Part shown: positions 49,125 to 60,987 of the stretch, piece after piece
Layout of the letters: each line of letters starts with the position of its first letter
Numbering within the stretch: position 1 is the first letter of the stretch
Assembly: GCA_028534125.1 (NCBI GenBank)
Contig: CM052817.1
Location: 80,788,001 to 80,852,000, forward strand
Origin: Lama glama
Lineage: Eukaryota
Length of the DNA stretch: 64,000 bases
Reading direction: 5' to 3'
Position numbers and translations under genes: made by a program
Notes under the pieces: generated by a model
What the model was told of the DNA's origin: nothing
Seen by the model: the letters and a program-made list of their open reading frames with translations, nothing else
Databases searched by the model: none

Positions 49125-49497
49125 TTACCATTTCCCATCTCCTCCTGCCTCAACACTCTAGTCCTAGACTCCATCATTTCATACCTGGATTACACAGATT
49201 GCCTTCTAATTAGTCTCTGTTTGCCTACTCTTATAACTCATTATTAAATGGCAGCTTTTTAATAGTGTCTTTTTCAAAACTTTAATTATACCTCATCAGT
49301 TCTGTGATGGGAAACCTTTCCGACGGCTTGCCATTGTGAGAAGAATGAAATTTAAACTCTACCTTGCCTCAAATACTCTATGTGATCTGGCCCCGCTTAC
49401 CTCTGCAGCACCATCTCCAACCCATCCCCCTCACCCACTCTGTTATGGCTGCACTGGGCTTTACTCAGTGGCTGGAACATACTAAACTTGCTTCTCC
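49125..49497 (+). mobile_element. L2 fragment
   Basis: CCATCATTTCATACCTGGATTAC, TGATCTGGCCCCGCTTACCTCT, GCTGCACTGGGCTT. Confidence 0.8.
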
Positions 49498-49599
49498 TAA
49501 AACACTAAGTTCCTGTATTGACACAGCATGCCCCCAAACCAAGGACATATACATCAGATTTTTATTATGATAGCACCCACATCTGGGCACCCAAACCTT

Positions 49600-49715
49600 C
49601 CAATTATCTACTGCAGCATAATCAACCACCCCCAAATTAATAGTTTAAAACAATAATCTTTTATTTAGCTCAAGAATATGCAATATGAGCAGGTTTTAGC
49701 AAGGAAAGTTTGTCA
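49600..49715 (-). mobile_element. MaLR LTR terminal fragment
   Basis: TTATCTACTGCAGCATAATCAACCACCCCCAAATTAATAGTTTAAAACAATAATC...TTTAGCTCA. Confidence 0.65.
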
Positions 49716-49729
49716 TTATTCTATGAAGT

Positions 49730-51170
49730 ATAAGCAGAAAAAAGGTGTGACAAAATTCAACAATTTTACAGTGAAAAATGTTCTTCCAACAATGAAAGGA
49801 GTTAAAGGAGCTTCCTTAGCTTGATAAAGGGAATCTGTGAAAAACAAAAACAAAAACAAAAAAACAACATCTAATACACACAATGTTGAAATAGTGAAAA
49901 CTTTTCTCCAAGGATCAGGAAGAGGTGAAGGATGCCCATTCTCACCATTCCCATTCAACATTGCAGTAAATGTTCTAGAAAGTACAGAATGGAAAAAAAA
50001 ATAAAGAACAGACATAAAAATAGGAAAAGATGAAGTAGAATTATGTTATTTGCAGATGACATGACTGCTTACATAGAAACCCCTATGGAATCTACAAAAA
50101 AAGTGCTAGAACTAATAAGTGAATATAGAAAGTTCACAGGATACACATTCTAACACAAAAATCAATGATATTTTATATATTTGCAATCAAAAATTAGAAA
50201 ATGAAAGCTTAAAACTATCATTTTCTGTAGCATCAGAAATTATACAATGCTCAAGAATAAATTTAATGTAAAATGTTGTGGCAGACACAACCTAAGTTAA
50301 ACCCAATGCACTGTGCCCTGTATTATCTCCTCCCTTTGAGTGTGAGCAGAAACTAAGACTAGCTTCTAACCAATATAAGATGGCAAAAGTGATGAGAAGC
50401 CTTTCTCTTAATTAGGTCACTCTGTCTTGCCAGCATATACTGGAAAGATTCTCCTACTGGTCTTGGAGAAGTTAACAGCTATGTCATGAACTGCCTATGG
50501 AGAGGCCACATGGAAGGCAGCTAGAAGCAGCTTCTAAGACCTGATCTAGAATAGCCAGAAAAAGTCTGATAAAGGAGACACAAAGTAAGAGTACTCACCC
50601 TATTTTATTTCAAGACCTGCTGTATACCTGTGTTAATCAATAGAGTGTGGTACTGGCATTGATATGGAGTAGAGGCCAGAAATAAACTACCAGATAGGTG
50701 GTCATTTGACTTTTGGGAAAAGGTACCAGATAAATAATAAATAACTAATAAAAAAAAGAATAGGACTTTAAACAAATGTTGCCAGAACAACTGTATATCA
50801 ATATGGGAAAACTGCTGTCTAACTTCTTACCCCCCAGTTTTTTGAGGTGGTTAATAAATCTAAACATAAAATTCACAACCATAGAGCTTATAGACAAAAA
50901 TGTAGAAGAGTATCTTTGTGACCTTGGGAAAGGCAAATATTTCTTCAACAAACAAACAAAGAACAAAAACCTACTAACTTTAAGAAAAAGATAAATTTAA
51001 AAATTATGCTCAACAAAAACATTGCTAAGAAAATCAACAGACATGCCACACATGGGAAGAATATTAACAGCACACATACTGAATAAGTATGTCCACAATA
51101 TGTTAATTATACCTACAAATCAACAAATAAAATAAGCCAATTTAAAATAATAATTCGTATAGAAGATACA
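49730..51170 (+). mobile_element. Old L1M ORF2 (reverse transcriptase and C-terminal region), degraded, interrupted by an MLT1 LTR
   Basis: TTATTTGCAGATGACATG (LFADDM RT motif) at 50046-50063; GGATGCCCATTCTCACCA; TGTGGTACTGGCAT; TTTAAACAAATGTTGC. Confidence 0.9.
50277..50557 (+). mobile_element. MaLR LTR 5' part (MLT1E-like) nested in L1
   Basis: TGTGGCAGAC start; CTCCCTTTGAGTGTGAGCAGAA, CTTCTAACCAATATAAGATGGCAAAAGTGATG, TGCCTATGGAGAGGCCACATGG. Confidence 0.8.
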
Positions 51171-51999
51171 ATATTCCATAGCATAATTTTTGATTTATTA
51201 ATTCTTAAAATTACTCAGTGACAGATATTGAGAAAAATTTGAATTTTGTAGTAGGTTTTAGAAAACGAAACAGTAATTTTTTTCTTGCTGTTATACTTCT
51301 TTGGGGGCAGTAGTCATGTGTGTTGGGGAAGGCCCATAGGAGATGAGGGAGAAATATTTTCAGTAGAATATTGTAATGCCAATTAATAAAATATATAACT
51401 TTATTTTACTGTGTAAAGACTTTTTGAAATGGATAAATTATCGGTTATTATAACTGAATACAATTTATATTTTCCTATTATTTATAAAATTAGAATAAAT
51501 CATCAAAATACAAGATCGTGTCACTACATGCCCTAAATCAAAAACCCAAAGAATACTCCTCTGTTCTTTTAAAGGTTTAGTTGGTAATGTAGAAAGAAGC
51601 AAGAATTCTGGAAGATGATTTTAAATTCTTTTGATGATCTCAATTAGATAACAAAAGCTATTATTAATAAATACCAATTTCATTCCACAGACATGTCTTA
51701 GGGCTTGGTGTGGACTTCATTTATTTCAGAAAATCAGAATTTGAAATGGATACCAAGTCAAGCAACCAGATTTGGGAAATCTTTAAGATTAAGATTAAAG
51801 TTAATTTGTCATGCATGTTTCAATGTTAGTCCTAAATGGAAGCCAGACAAAGGACCCCAGTCTTCTGGCACCTCTCTGCTTGTTTTCTATTTACTGTGTC
51901 ACGGGGCTCTTGGTAGAAGGACCTGTGACTTAGGCTATACTGTGGAAGAACATTTGGCACCCAGTGTTTGGCATGGCGCTCCATTACTGATCATCCTCA

Positions 52000-52105
52000 G
52001 ATGAGCTCTGAACAGACTCACTTGTTACTGCAGCCCCAACATACAACCTAGAGCCTGGCACATATTAAGCACTTAATAAATATTTGTGGGATGACTGGCT
52101 GAAAA
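52000..52105 (+). mobile_element. L2 3' terminus
   Basis: AGAGCCTGGCACATATTAAGCACTTAATAAATATTTGT. Confidence 0.75.
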
Positions 52106-52624
52106 AATGCATATTAATAAATAGTAATAAAAGGTAGTGACTTTGAAAAGAAATTACAATTATATTACTATTAAAAAACAGATTTATTTGAATATTAGTT
52201 ATTGTTAATGATTTGAGAGCTTTATTGCAGCTCTGCTACTGGCTTGCAGTATTATCTCACATAAGACACCAAAATTCAGACAAGAAAAGGAACTATAGTT
52301 TTTTTAAAAAAAAAATCTTTATTTTTCCATGCAGTTCTAAAAGTTTACAACTCTTTTCCCTCATTTGGCCTCCTTTTGGGAATTTTAATATGTATTACTT
52401 TAAAGGCTTATTTACTATGTCTTTAGACAGGTAAGAACTAAGTTAATGATCTTGTCATTTTACATGTATCAAAACAGAGAAATTAAATGACTTCACCAGG
52501 TTAATTATGGTAAAAAGGAACAAGACCAGACTTCAGAATGGACATAAAATTCGACAAGCATCTGATGTTGTTCTGTGGTTTTTCTAGCTTTCTGCTGTTT
52601 CTTCAGGAAAGGAGCATTTTCATA

Positions 52625-53020
52625 ATTTTTTACTTAATAAAGTAATACATGCTCAATTCAGAAAACATAGGGAAAAAAACACAAGTAAAAATGTATTTAT
52701 ACTTCGACCATATACAAATAATTAGTCTTAAGGATTTTACTATATCTTTTCTTAGCCTCTTTTTATCTTTGCATATATTTATAAAATATAGGTATTTGAA
52801 CATGAAACTTACTAATTTTGTTTACTTGACAATATGTCAGCAATGTCTTCATGTCATTTGATACTTAAAGATTAGTAAATAATTCTGATTTTAAAATAAT
52901 TCAATTAATAATATTTAATTTTAGTAAATTATAAAGAATGTAACAATTCACTTAAGTATACCCTCTACTTTTGAACATTTAGTTTGCCTTTATGTTTGCA
53001 TCTTTATGAATTATTGTTGC
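52625..53020 (-). mobile_element. Ancient L1ME-like 3' fragment
   Basis: ATAAAGTAATACATGCTCA and TTTTGAACATTTAGTTTG motifs; AT-rich and degraded. Confidence 0.55.
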
Positions 53021-53264
53021 ATTCGGAAACCGATTTCCCTCACATAAGAGATTATGTTTAAAACCTTGATACTGATTTGTAGATGTACATATTGGGAGTG
53101 TATCAAAGTTCCCCTCTTCAGCTATTGCATTTTGCCAAAATATGATATTTATTTTTGGAAGGCCAGATTTCTGAATGCTTATCTCAGCATCATTTATGGT
53201 TTATCTGAACTTGGACATAAGCAGTGATCTTACAGTTTACAACTATATCTTCATGTTCTTTTTT

Positions 53265-53395
53265 GAAAAAAAAATTGAGGGGGAGGTAATTATTTATTTA
53301 TTTGTTTGTTTATTTTTTAATGGAGGTACTGGGGATTGAACCCAGGACCCTGTGCATGCTACACACGCACTCTACCACTGATCTATACCCTCCCC
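53265..53395 (-). mobile_element. tRNA-derived SINE (camelid Vic-type) with probable 9-bp TSD
   Basis: Minus strand GGGGAGGGTATAGATCAGTGGTAGAG...GGTCCTGGGTTCAATCCCCAGTACCTCCATT; TTCTTTTTT at 53256-53264 and 53396-53404. Confidence 0.92.
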
Positions 53396-53596
53396 TTCTT
53401 TTTTCTTTCTTGCTTGGAAAATTATTTATTGAGGAACTGGGCTAGGCACTGCCAAACAGAGAAATAATCACAAATATAACTCTTGCCTTGGTCAATCAAC
53501 CATTGACTGGTTATTTCTATCCGTTTCAATGAACTGGAGAAAATTTTGCCTAACTTCCCAAAATATTTGGAATTTTTATTAAAATCATATTCCATT

Positions 53597-53836
53597 AAGA
53601 TTTAATGTACAGTATGGTGACTAAAGTAAATAATGCTGTATTGTATATTTGGAAGTTGCTGAGAGTGGATCTTAAAAGTTCTCATTATAGGAAAAAATAT
53701 TGTACCTGTGCATGGTGATGCATGTTACCTACACTTATTGTGGTGATCATTTCACAATATATACAAATATTGAAATTATTATGTTGTATACCTGAAACTA
53801 ACATGATGTTACATGTCAATTATACCTCAATAAAAT
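53597..53836 (+). mobile_element. L1 3' end (L1MA9/10-like)
   Basis: ATGTACAGTATGGTGACTA, GATCTTAAAAGTTCTCA, GTGGTGATCATTTCACAATATATACA, GTCAATTATACCTCAATAAA. Confidence 0.9.
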
Positions 53837-54054
53837 ATATGTACATGTGTTATTCAATAACAGGAAATATCCCCATCTATTCCTGAGCCTATTTACAACC
53901 ACATTAAATATCACCTATAAACATCTATCTACATCTTATCTATAAATATGGAATTTCTGAATATAGTCAAGTCATTCAAGTCCTTTAGTAAGATGTTACT
54001 CTTTCCTCCTTATAGGTTTTATAAATAGATTGCTAATAATTCTCAAGTATACTG

Positions 54055-54257
54055 TCAATTACTCAGTGCTCACTAGATGCCAAACACTGTGCTGAGCATT
54101 TCACATGAATGATCTTATCTACTCCTCACAAAAACCATATAAAGAGGGCACAATCATTACCCTAGATACGGAAATGGGAAAACTGAGGCTTGAAGTGGCT
54201 TTTATATCTTTCCAAGGGCAATACACCTAGTAAGTGGTGGAAAATTTTGAAACCAAC
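54055..54257 (-). mobile_element. MIR SINE
   Basis: GTGCTCACTAGATGCCAAACACTGTGCTGAGCATTT, GAAAACTGAGGCTT, CTAGTAAGTGG. Confidence 0.85.
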
Positions 54258-54269
54258 ATTTGGAAATTT

Positions 54270-54492
54270 TTCAGTAATTTCTTAAAATTAAGCTTAACAT
54301 ATGTGGAGAAATCTGCAAAATAATAAATGTACAGCTCAATGAATTTCTACAGACATACTCAGGTAATGTCCATCCGATAAAGAGAGAGAATATTGCTGGC
54401 ACCCCAGATGCCTCTCCCAGGTCCCCTTCCAGTCGTGAAGTCCCACTATTGCCTGATTTTGAACATCATGTAACTGGAGTCAGAGAGCATGC
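54270..54492 (-). mobile_element. Old L1 3' end (L1MD/L1ME-like) running into a gap
   Basis: TGTACAGCTCAATGAATTT, AGAATATTGCTGGCACCCCAGATGCCTC. Confidence 0.7.
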
Positions 54493-54992
54493 NNNNNNNN
54501 NNNNNNNNNNNNNNNNNNNNNNNNNNNNNNNNNNNNNNNNNNNNNNNNNNNNNNNNNNNNNNNNNNNNNNNNNNNNNNNNNNNNNNNNNNNNNNNNNNNN
54601 NNNNNNNNNNNNNNNNNNNNNNNNNNNNNNNNNNNNNNNNNNNNNNNNNNNNNNNNNNNNNNNNNNNNNNNNNNNNNNNNNNNNNNNNNNNNNNNNNNNN
54701 NNNNNNNNNNNNNNNNNNNNNNNNNNNNNNNNNNNNNNNNNNNNNNNNNNNNNNNNNNNNNNNNNNNNNNNNNNNNNNNNNNNNNNNNNNNNNNNNNNNN
54801 NNNNNNNNNNNNNNNNNNNNNNNNNNNNNNNNNNNNNNNNNNNNNNNNNNNNNNNNNNNNNNNNNNNNNNNNNNNNNNNNNNNNNNNNNNNNNNNNNNNN
54901 NNNNNNNNNNNNNNNNNNNNNNNNNNNNNNNNNNNNNNNNNNNNNNNNNNNNNNNNNNNNNNNNNNNNNNNNNNNNNNNNNNNNNNNNNNNN
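54493..54992. other. Assembly gap (500 N)
   Basis: Run of exactly 500 N. Confidence 1.
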
Positions 54993-55639
54993 TCAGTTAA
55001 AAAAAGAGAGAGATGAATAAGGGATTAATTATCCTTTTCCTTTCCCAGGACATGACCATGTCTCCATGTGTGGATGGTAAGTGTGATTTTAATCTCACAA
55101 CCAGGAGGGGATTTAGCCACAGGGAAAATTGCCGAGTAGAAGATTAAAGATAACTCGCTCTCTTCTGACATCACAGAATCACTGCATTTCTTTCATATTT
55201 CCTCTTATTTAAGACCAAGTAAAAAGAAATGTAAAATGTTTTCCCTGATTTTCATACTGTTTTGAATTCTATTTTCTGTTACAGGTCAGAGCATCCTAAC
55301 TGATTCTCTACTTACTCTCCCTTTATTTACTTTTGTTTTCCTTGAATTAACAGGGACTGTGGGGTAGGATGAAGTAGCCTACTACTGCTGTCATTTTCCT
55401 TTTTTTCTCAAACCAGCTTTTGATTTGTGTAATTCTGTAATTTATTCTTCAGCTTGAAGTTGTACGAGTTATAATTTAAGGTCATAAACTTACATTGTTC
55501 TCTATTATAGCTTTTTAAAAATATAATCTATGATCTTGTGCCCAGTTTATTAAAGTATAATTAAATACTTTAAATATTAGTATTAAAGTATTATTTTCAT
55601 ATTATGTGATGGCTCAATTATTTTTCTTTCAAATATTGT

Positions 55640-56440
55640 TAAAATGTACATTCTAATATAATATCATGTCTTAATGTTAGTTCTAATACTCACTCCTATT
55701 GCTACACCATAACTTCCCCTTTCTTGTGTACAGAAATACCTTGAAATACTCCTTTCTTGAGTAGTTTGTCTGGCTTTTCTTTTCCAGGACAAATATATGG
55801 ATGATATCTTTTCAGTTCTTTTTACACATGAAGTAGAACTTCAGTGAATATAGAACATGTGGCTGAAAGTTTGTTCCCCTGATGCGTTTGTAGTTATGTT
55901 TGCCCATTTCTTACAGCGTCTAATTCAGTAGAGAATAAGTCCTACTTCAGTTGAATTGTTCCTCATAGTAGGTTACATTTCTTTCCAGCCTCTGGTCTTC
56001 TTACTTTTTCCGTCGGGGTACAGCTACATGTTGGTATTTTACCCCTCGGATGTTACCTCTTTAAATCTTTAGATTCAACTCTGTTTTTTTCTATTCATGC
56101 TTCTTTTCAATATTTTCTTCTGTTTTCTTTTAAAGAATTATTTATCAAATATGGATTCCAGCATGCCCTCCAATTTAATATCTTCTCTGTTGTTTATTTC
56201 ATTTCCTTTTTATTTCGTCTGCAATCTGGTTGAGAGCTTCAGAGTGGCTCACCAGGCCTAACTTAATTTTCTACATTAATGAGTTTTCTCTGTATTCTTA
56301 CAACTAGTATTATATTAGTTTTACAAAATTTATAATTTATAGTACTTTTTTCCTTTTCTTTTTCAGCTCATTTTTATTTTTTCCTGTTTGCCAGACCTTC
56401 TTTTTCTTATTCCTTTGAATACACTAACCACACACTGAAA
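55640..56440 (-). mobile_element. Highly degraded L1 ORF1/HAL1-like fragment
   Basis: T-rich strand with GAATATAGAA...TTTGTTCCCCT and GAGAATAAGTC motifs resembling antisense ORF1-region relics. Confidence 0.4.
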
Positions 56441-56609
56441 AGAAGCATTAATAGAAAGTAATTTTTGAACTAATCTACAGATTTAAAGACATTACATAAA
56501 AAGAGTAAGACACCAACGTCTGGATACGCCCTGGTGAAAAGAGAGAGAAGACAATCTTTTTTCTGTCCTTTGTTTTGGAGCTAAGTTACTTGACTTTTGT
56601 GGAAAGAAA

Positions 56610-57068
56610 TGTGATAGATTGCATTATTGTGCTCAATCTTTCACCCTTTCCTGCATCATTCCTTTGCCATGGCCTCATCACCACAGATGGCATGGACTTC
56701 CTCCATTTCATCTCTAGGCTTAGCTAGGTGACCTACTTTGGCCAATGGTGTATGAGTGAAAGTCATAGTGTGTATTTCAAGACAAGGCCTTGAAGACCTC
56801 ACATGTTTCTGCTTTTCCTCTTCCAACTCTGTGAGTGCCATGAGAAGAATATACCAGTGATATTCCTGGATAGCCTGCTGGTTCCCTGAGGAGGATAAAA
56901 GGAAGATGTAGACAGAGGCACTCCAGCTAAATAATAGACATACAGTGACAAAAAGAGCTTCCCAGTTGAGCCCGGCCTAGGCCAGTCAGATTGCAGTGTA
57001 TTTGCAGATGCATGGACAATAAGAATATATGTAAGAATATTGCTAAGTAGGAATAGCTAACCAATACA
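56610..57068 (+). mobile_element. MaLR solo LTR (MLT1H-like)
   Basis: TGTGATAGATTG...TACTTTGGCCAATGG...TGCCATGAGAAGAA...AATAGCTAACCAATACA with TG/CA ends. Confidence 0.82.
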
Positions 57069-57111
57069 ATCATTTTTTAAAATTTCCTCCAATGAATCAT
57101 TTAAAAAGTAA

Positions 57112-57883
57112 CACAAGTAACAAATGTTGGCAAGGATATGGAGAAAAGGGAACCCTCACATACTGTAGGTGGAATGTAAATTGGTAAAACCACTGTGGAA
57201 AATAGTATGGAGGTTTCTCAAAAAACGAAAAATAGCACTACCATGTGACCCAGAAATTCCATTCCTGGGTATATATCCAAAAAACCAAAAACACTAATTC
57301 AAGAAGATATATGAACCCCAATGTTCATAGCAGCATTATTTATAATAGTCAAGGTATGGAAGCAACCTAAGTGTCCCTCAGCAGATATGAGTAAAGAAGA
57401 TGTGGTATACACACACACACACACACACACACAGGAATACTACTCAGCCATTAAAAAGAACGAAATGTTGCCATTTGCAACAACATGGATGGCTTGGAGG
57501 GTGCTACGCTAAGTGAAATAAGTCAGACAGAGAAAGACAAATACTGTATGATATTATTTATACATGGAATCTAAAGAATACAACAAAAACCCCACTAGTG
57601 AATATAACAATAAAGAAATAGACATACAGATATAGAGAACAAACTGGTGGTTACCAATGGAGAGAGGTAAGGGGGGAGGGACAAAAGAAGTGTAGGCAAT
57701 TAAGAGGTACAAACTATTATCTATAAAATAAATAAGCTACAAGGATATATTATACAACTCAGGGAATATAGCCAGTATTTTATAACTATAAATGGAGTAT
57801 AACCTTTAAAAATTGTGAATCACTATGTTGTACACTTGTAACTTACATTGTACATCAACTATACTTCAATTAAAAAAAATCCA
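57112..57883 (+). mobile_element. L1 3' end (cetartiodactyl type), 5'-truncated, probable 9-bp TSD, internal (CA)n
   Basis: AACAAATGTTGGCAAGGATATGGAGAAAAGGGAACCC; ORF MFIAALFIIVKVWKQPKCP is the ORF2p C-terminus; A-tail; AAAAAGTAA at 57103-57111 and 57884-57892. Confidence 0.93.
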
Positions 57884-58399
57884 AAAAAGTAATTCTTTCT
57901 GTGCTTCTTGCTTAATATTTTCTTCAGTGATCTTACTTTTAAAATGTGTTCCTTATTGCCTTGAAATCCTTACTGAAAAGAAGATTAATAGGTTTTTCCT
58001 AAATTATCTCCCTTTTAATGTAGATGAGGGTTCCTTTCTTAGATCTCAAGTGAGATTAGATGCTTTTGCAGCAACCTGGCAACCTGGAGGGAATGCAGAG
58101 CAAGCCAAGACCCCAATCAGTAGAACTTCACCACTGCACAGTGTCTTCTGCTTATCTGGCAAAGTTGCTCTGCTAGTAAGCAGAACCAGAGTGATGATAT
58201 CTTCTACAGCCTCCTCTTCGTGCTTTCAGGGAAGACACTCTTTGGGTTTTTGTCTTGTGCTTGGACTCTTCAAAAGTAGATGCCCTATTTCTAACTGGCC
58301 TCATTACTGGTTCTGTTAGCTGCTCTCACCCGAGGGAACAGCCCTCAGCACAGCTGCCAGTCATCTTACTTGCTCCATCTCCGTGGAAGGGACTGGCTA

Positions 58400-59230
58400 G
58401 CTGCTCACAGATCTCACTTTGTCTTCCCCTTGGACATCCAGCTACTCTATATTTCTTAGGTTCCTTTGCCTGTGGCCATGTGTTTGATTTCTTGGGGACA
58501 GAATGTGGATAGAAGTGATGTTGTCACTTCTAAGTCTGGCCTGTAAAAACTTTCCATTCACAATTCCTCATTTTCTTCCCCCTTCTAACTGCTGGATGCA
58601 GAGGATTCTAGTGGCCTAAATAAGTATAGAACCACAAAATGGAAGGAGTCTTGGTCCCTGTATGGCTCTGAGCAAAGCTGCCCACTGAGCTGAAACAACC
58701 AGTGTGACTGCATAGGAGCGAGAAATAAACTACTGGGCAGTCACTGAGATTGGGGAGCTCATCTGTAACAGCGTCAGGTCACTTACCTTAACTAACTCAG
58801 ACATCAGTAGCTTGAAGTGGAGTGTTGGAATAATAAAAATTCTAAAATTTTTAGGATTGGATTAGCAGTCAGATTCCAAAAATAAAGATGTCACAAATAG
58901 GATCACTTGAGAATGCTCTTAGCCATGGGAAAACATGTGGTAAAACTGATATCTGTGGATAACTTAGAAGACAGACCACATGCCTGACAGATAGTTATAG
59001 TAATGCCTATCGTTGGCAGCCTCTGGTGATTTGTGATAAAGAAAAATTGGCTGGGTTTCAAAGAAAGATGAAAGAAAATGGAGATGGTTCAGTGGTCAAG
59101 GATTGCTTCTGACCCACTGTAGTAAGAAACAAACTTTGAAAATTATTGAAAGAGGTTCAGTAAGATTTTTCAGTTAAACAAAGTGACTATGTGTTCTGTA
59201 AAGACTGAATGAAGGGAGGGCCAGAGGTTT
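58400..59230 (+). mobile_element. MaLR LTR (MLT1I/J-like, to about 58799) followed by MLT1 internal sequence
   Basis: TGTGGCCATGTG, AGAAGTGATG, CACAAAATGGAAGGAGTCTTGGTCCCTG, GAGAAATAAACT; then GAAGTGGAGTGTTGGAATAATAAAAATTCTAAAA like the MaLR internal start. Confidence 0.7.
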
Positions 59231-59454
59231 ACTGGCTACAGCAAGAAGTATCACTTACCCTAACTAATATGCCCAGGGTCCATGAGGTCTTTGAACACAA
59301 TCATGCTTGAATTTAACTGAGATGTTTCCATCATCTTGATGCTGCTGCATCAAGGTAGCTCCCGTTACTTCTGTGTAATGCTCCTCGCACTTACCCACAC
59401 TCTGATGCCACAATGAGTTCACGTTCCAATGTCTCTGGATTAACAACTGTTAAA

Positions 59455-59645
59455 AGAATGTAGGGGAAACAGAATGGGGCAGAGGAAGAAGTACAACTGT
59501 GATGCACCCATACGGCAGGGTGGGCTGGGGTCAGACTTTCCATCCCAACAATCTCCCTTCTGGGGCCAAAATGGCTGGGCCTTTGTTCCCTGTTGGGCTG
59601 AAAATCATGCCTTTGTGTTTCTCCCTCACTCAGTCGTCCCAGTGG
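59455..59645 (-). mobile_element. ERVL LTR fragment (LTR16-like)
   Basis: GGGCAGAGGAAGAAGTACAACTGTGATGCA and ATGGCTGGGCCTTT motifs. Confidence 0.5.
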
Positions 59646-60444
59646 GACTTCTTAAGTGTTCTTGAACCTAGAATTCATAAAGTGTCCATGAGAATCCAAA
59701 GAAAACCATTCAACTACTAAGCAAAACAAACTTCTACCTGGTGAAAAGAATCGGTCAACAAAGAAAACACAACTGACATTTTTGGGGGAAAAATTGCAAT
59801 ACATATTGTCTAATTTCCTTGATTTCTAAAGAGCTCAAACAAATGTCACCATTGCAATCAAAATCAGATCATTTAAATGAACAATGAACTGGGGTATACG
59901 TTCAACAAACTAATAAAGGACCATGAAAAAAGAAGGTCCCTAAAAATGTTAATAAGAATTATTTTCATTGTTTTTACTTTTGTGTCCCACATTGTGCACC
60001 AAAGATTTAACTCTGCACCTCAGATTGCTTTCTTTAAAATGTTCTTGCTTCCTTAATTTTTTTGAGCTGCTACTTTCACATTTTTGTTGCTGATTACAAA
60101 ACAACTGAAGGATAAGAAACACATGTTTTCTGTATAACTGTTTTTAATTAAACTTTCAGTAAAACAGAGATGATTGTAATTACTCTTTCATTATCTTAAG
60201 AATCTTCTCAAGCTTCCTCAGTTTCTCAGATCACTCCTGGGCAGCAAACGAACTAGAAAGAGGAAGATTTATTAGCTAGTGGCTGGCTGGCTGATTAGCA
60301 GCTTGCCCTCTATCTGGAGGGAACTGTTTAAAGAACAGACTCTAAGTCTTTTATTTACAAAGAAACTTCCCCAATCTATTTGGCATTGCCTTATCTTCAT
60401 ATTCCAGCTCTGAAATCTCCATCCATAGGGTAAGGAGTGTGCAC

Positions 60445-60628
60445 TCGTAAAGACTCAGGGATGGCCTTCAGGGGATCCAGTACTCCACAATTTTATGAAA
60501 AACTTGGTGCTCTTTTTTCTGTTCATTTCTTTCCCTCAGGGGAAAGGAATCTAATGCTTTCATCAGTTTCTTAAAGTTGTCTTTAACACTCACCCCGCCG
60601 ACTCCAAAATATATTTAAGAAGCAGAAC
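60445..60628. mobile_element. hAT-Charlie MER fragment (MER102-like)
   Basis: CTTCAGGGGATCCA and GCTTTCATCAGTTTCTTAAAG...TTAAGAAGCA. Confidence 0.45.
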
Positions 60629-60689
60629 TTTGGCTCCAGACTCTGTTAATATCTTATAGGCCTTCGGGTCTTACCTAGGAAAATAAAGT

Positions 60690-60960
60690 CTCCACAGTGG
60701 GAATTCGGAAAGTTTTGGAAGAGTTTTTTTTCCTCCTTAACAGTAATTGGTGGAGTGTTATAGGCAGTAACTGGATGGGGTCCTGGAATAGTATGGCCAT
60801 CCTGCAGTGAGAGGGATCCTCTACATAAAAAAGAATTCTCGTATGATCTGACTGACACTCAAAAGTCCCACTGGACGTTACTGTAAGTGAACAACACACT
60901 GTAATGATCTGAATCTCCATGTGTGTTTTGCATATATACATGAAAGAATTTTGTTTTTAT
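60690..60960. mobile_element. hAT-Charlie MER20B-like fragment
   Basis: CATCCTGCAGTG...AAGAATT...GTCCCACTGGAC...TGTAAGTGAA...TAATGATCTGAATC. Confidence 0.55.
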
Positions 60961-60987
60961 TATACATTGAATACATGATGCATGTAA

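Noticed and set aside
54449..55016. 183-aa and 175-aa ORFs
   Set aside because: Artefacts of translating through the 500-N gap
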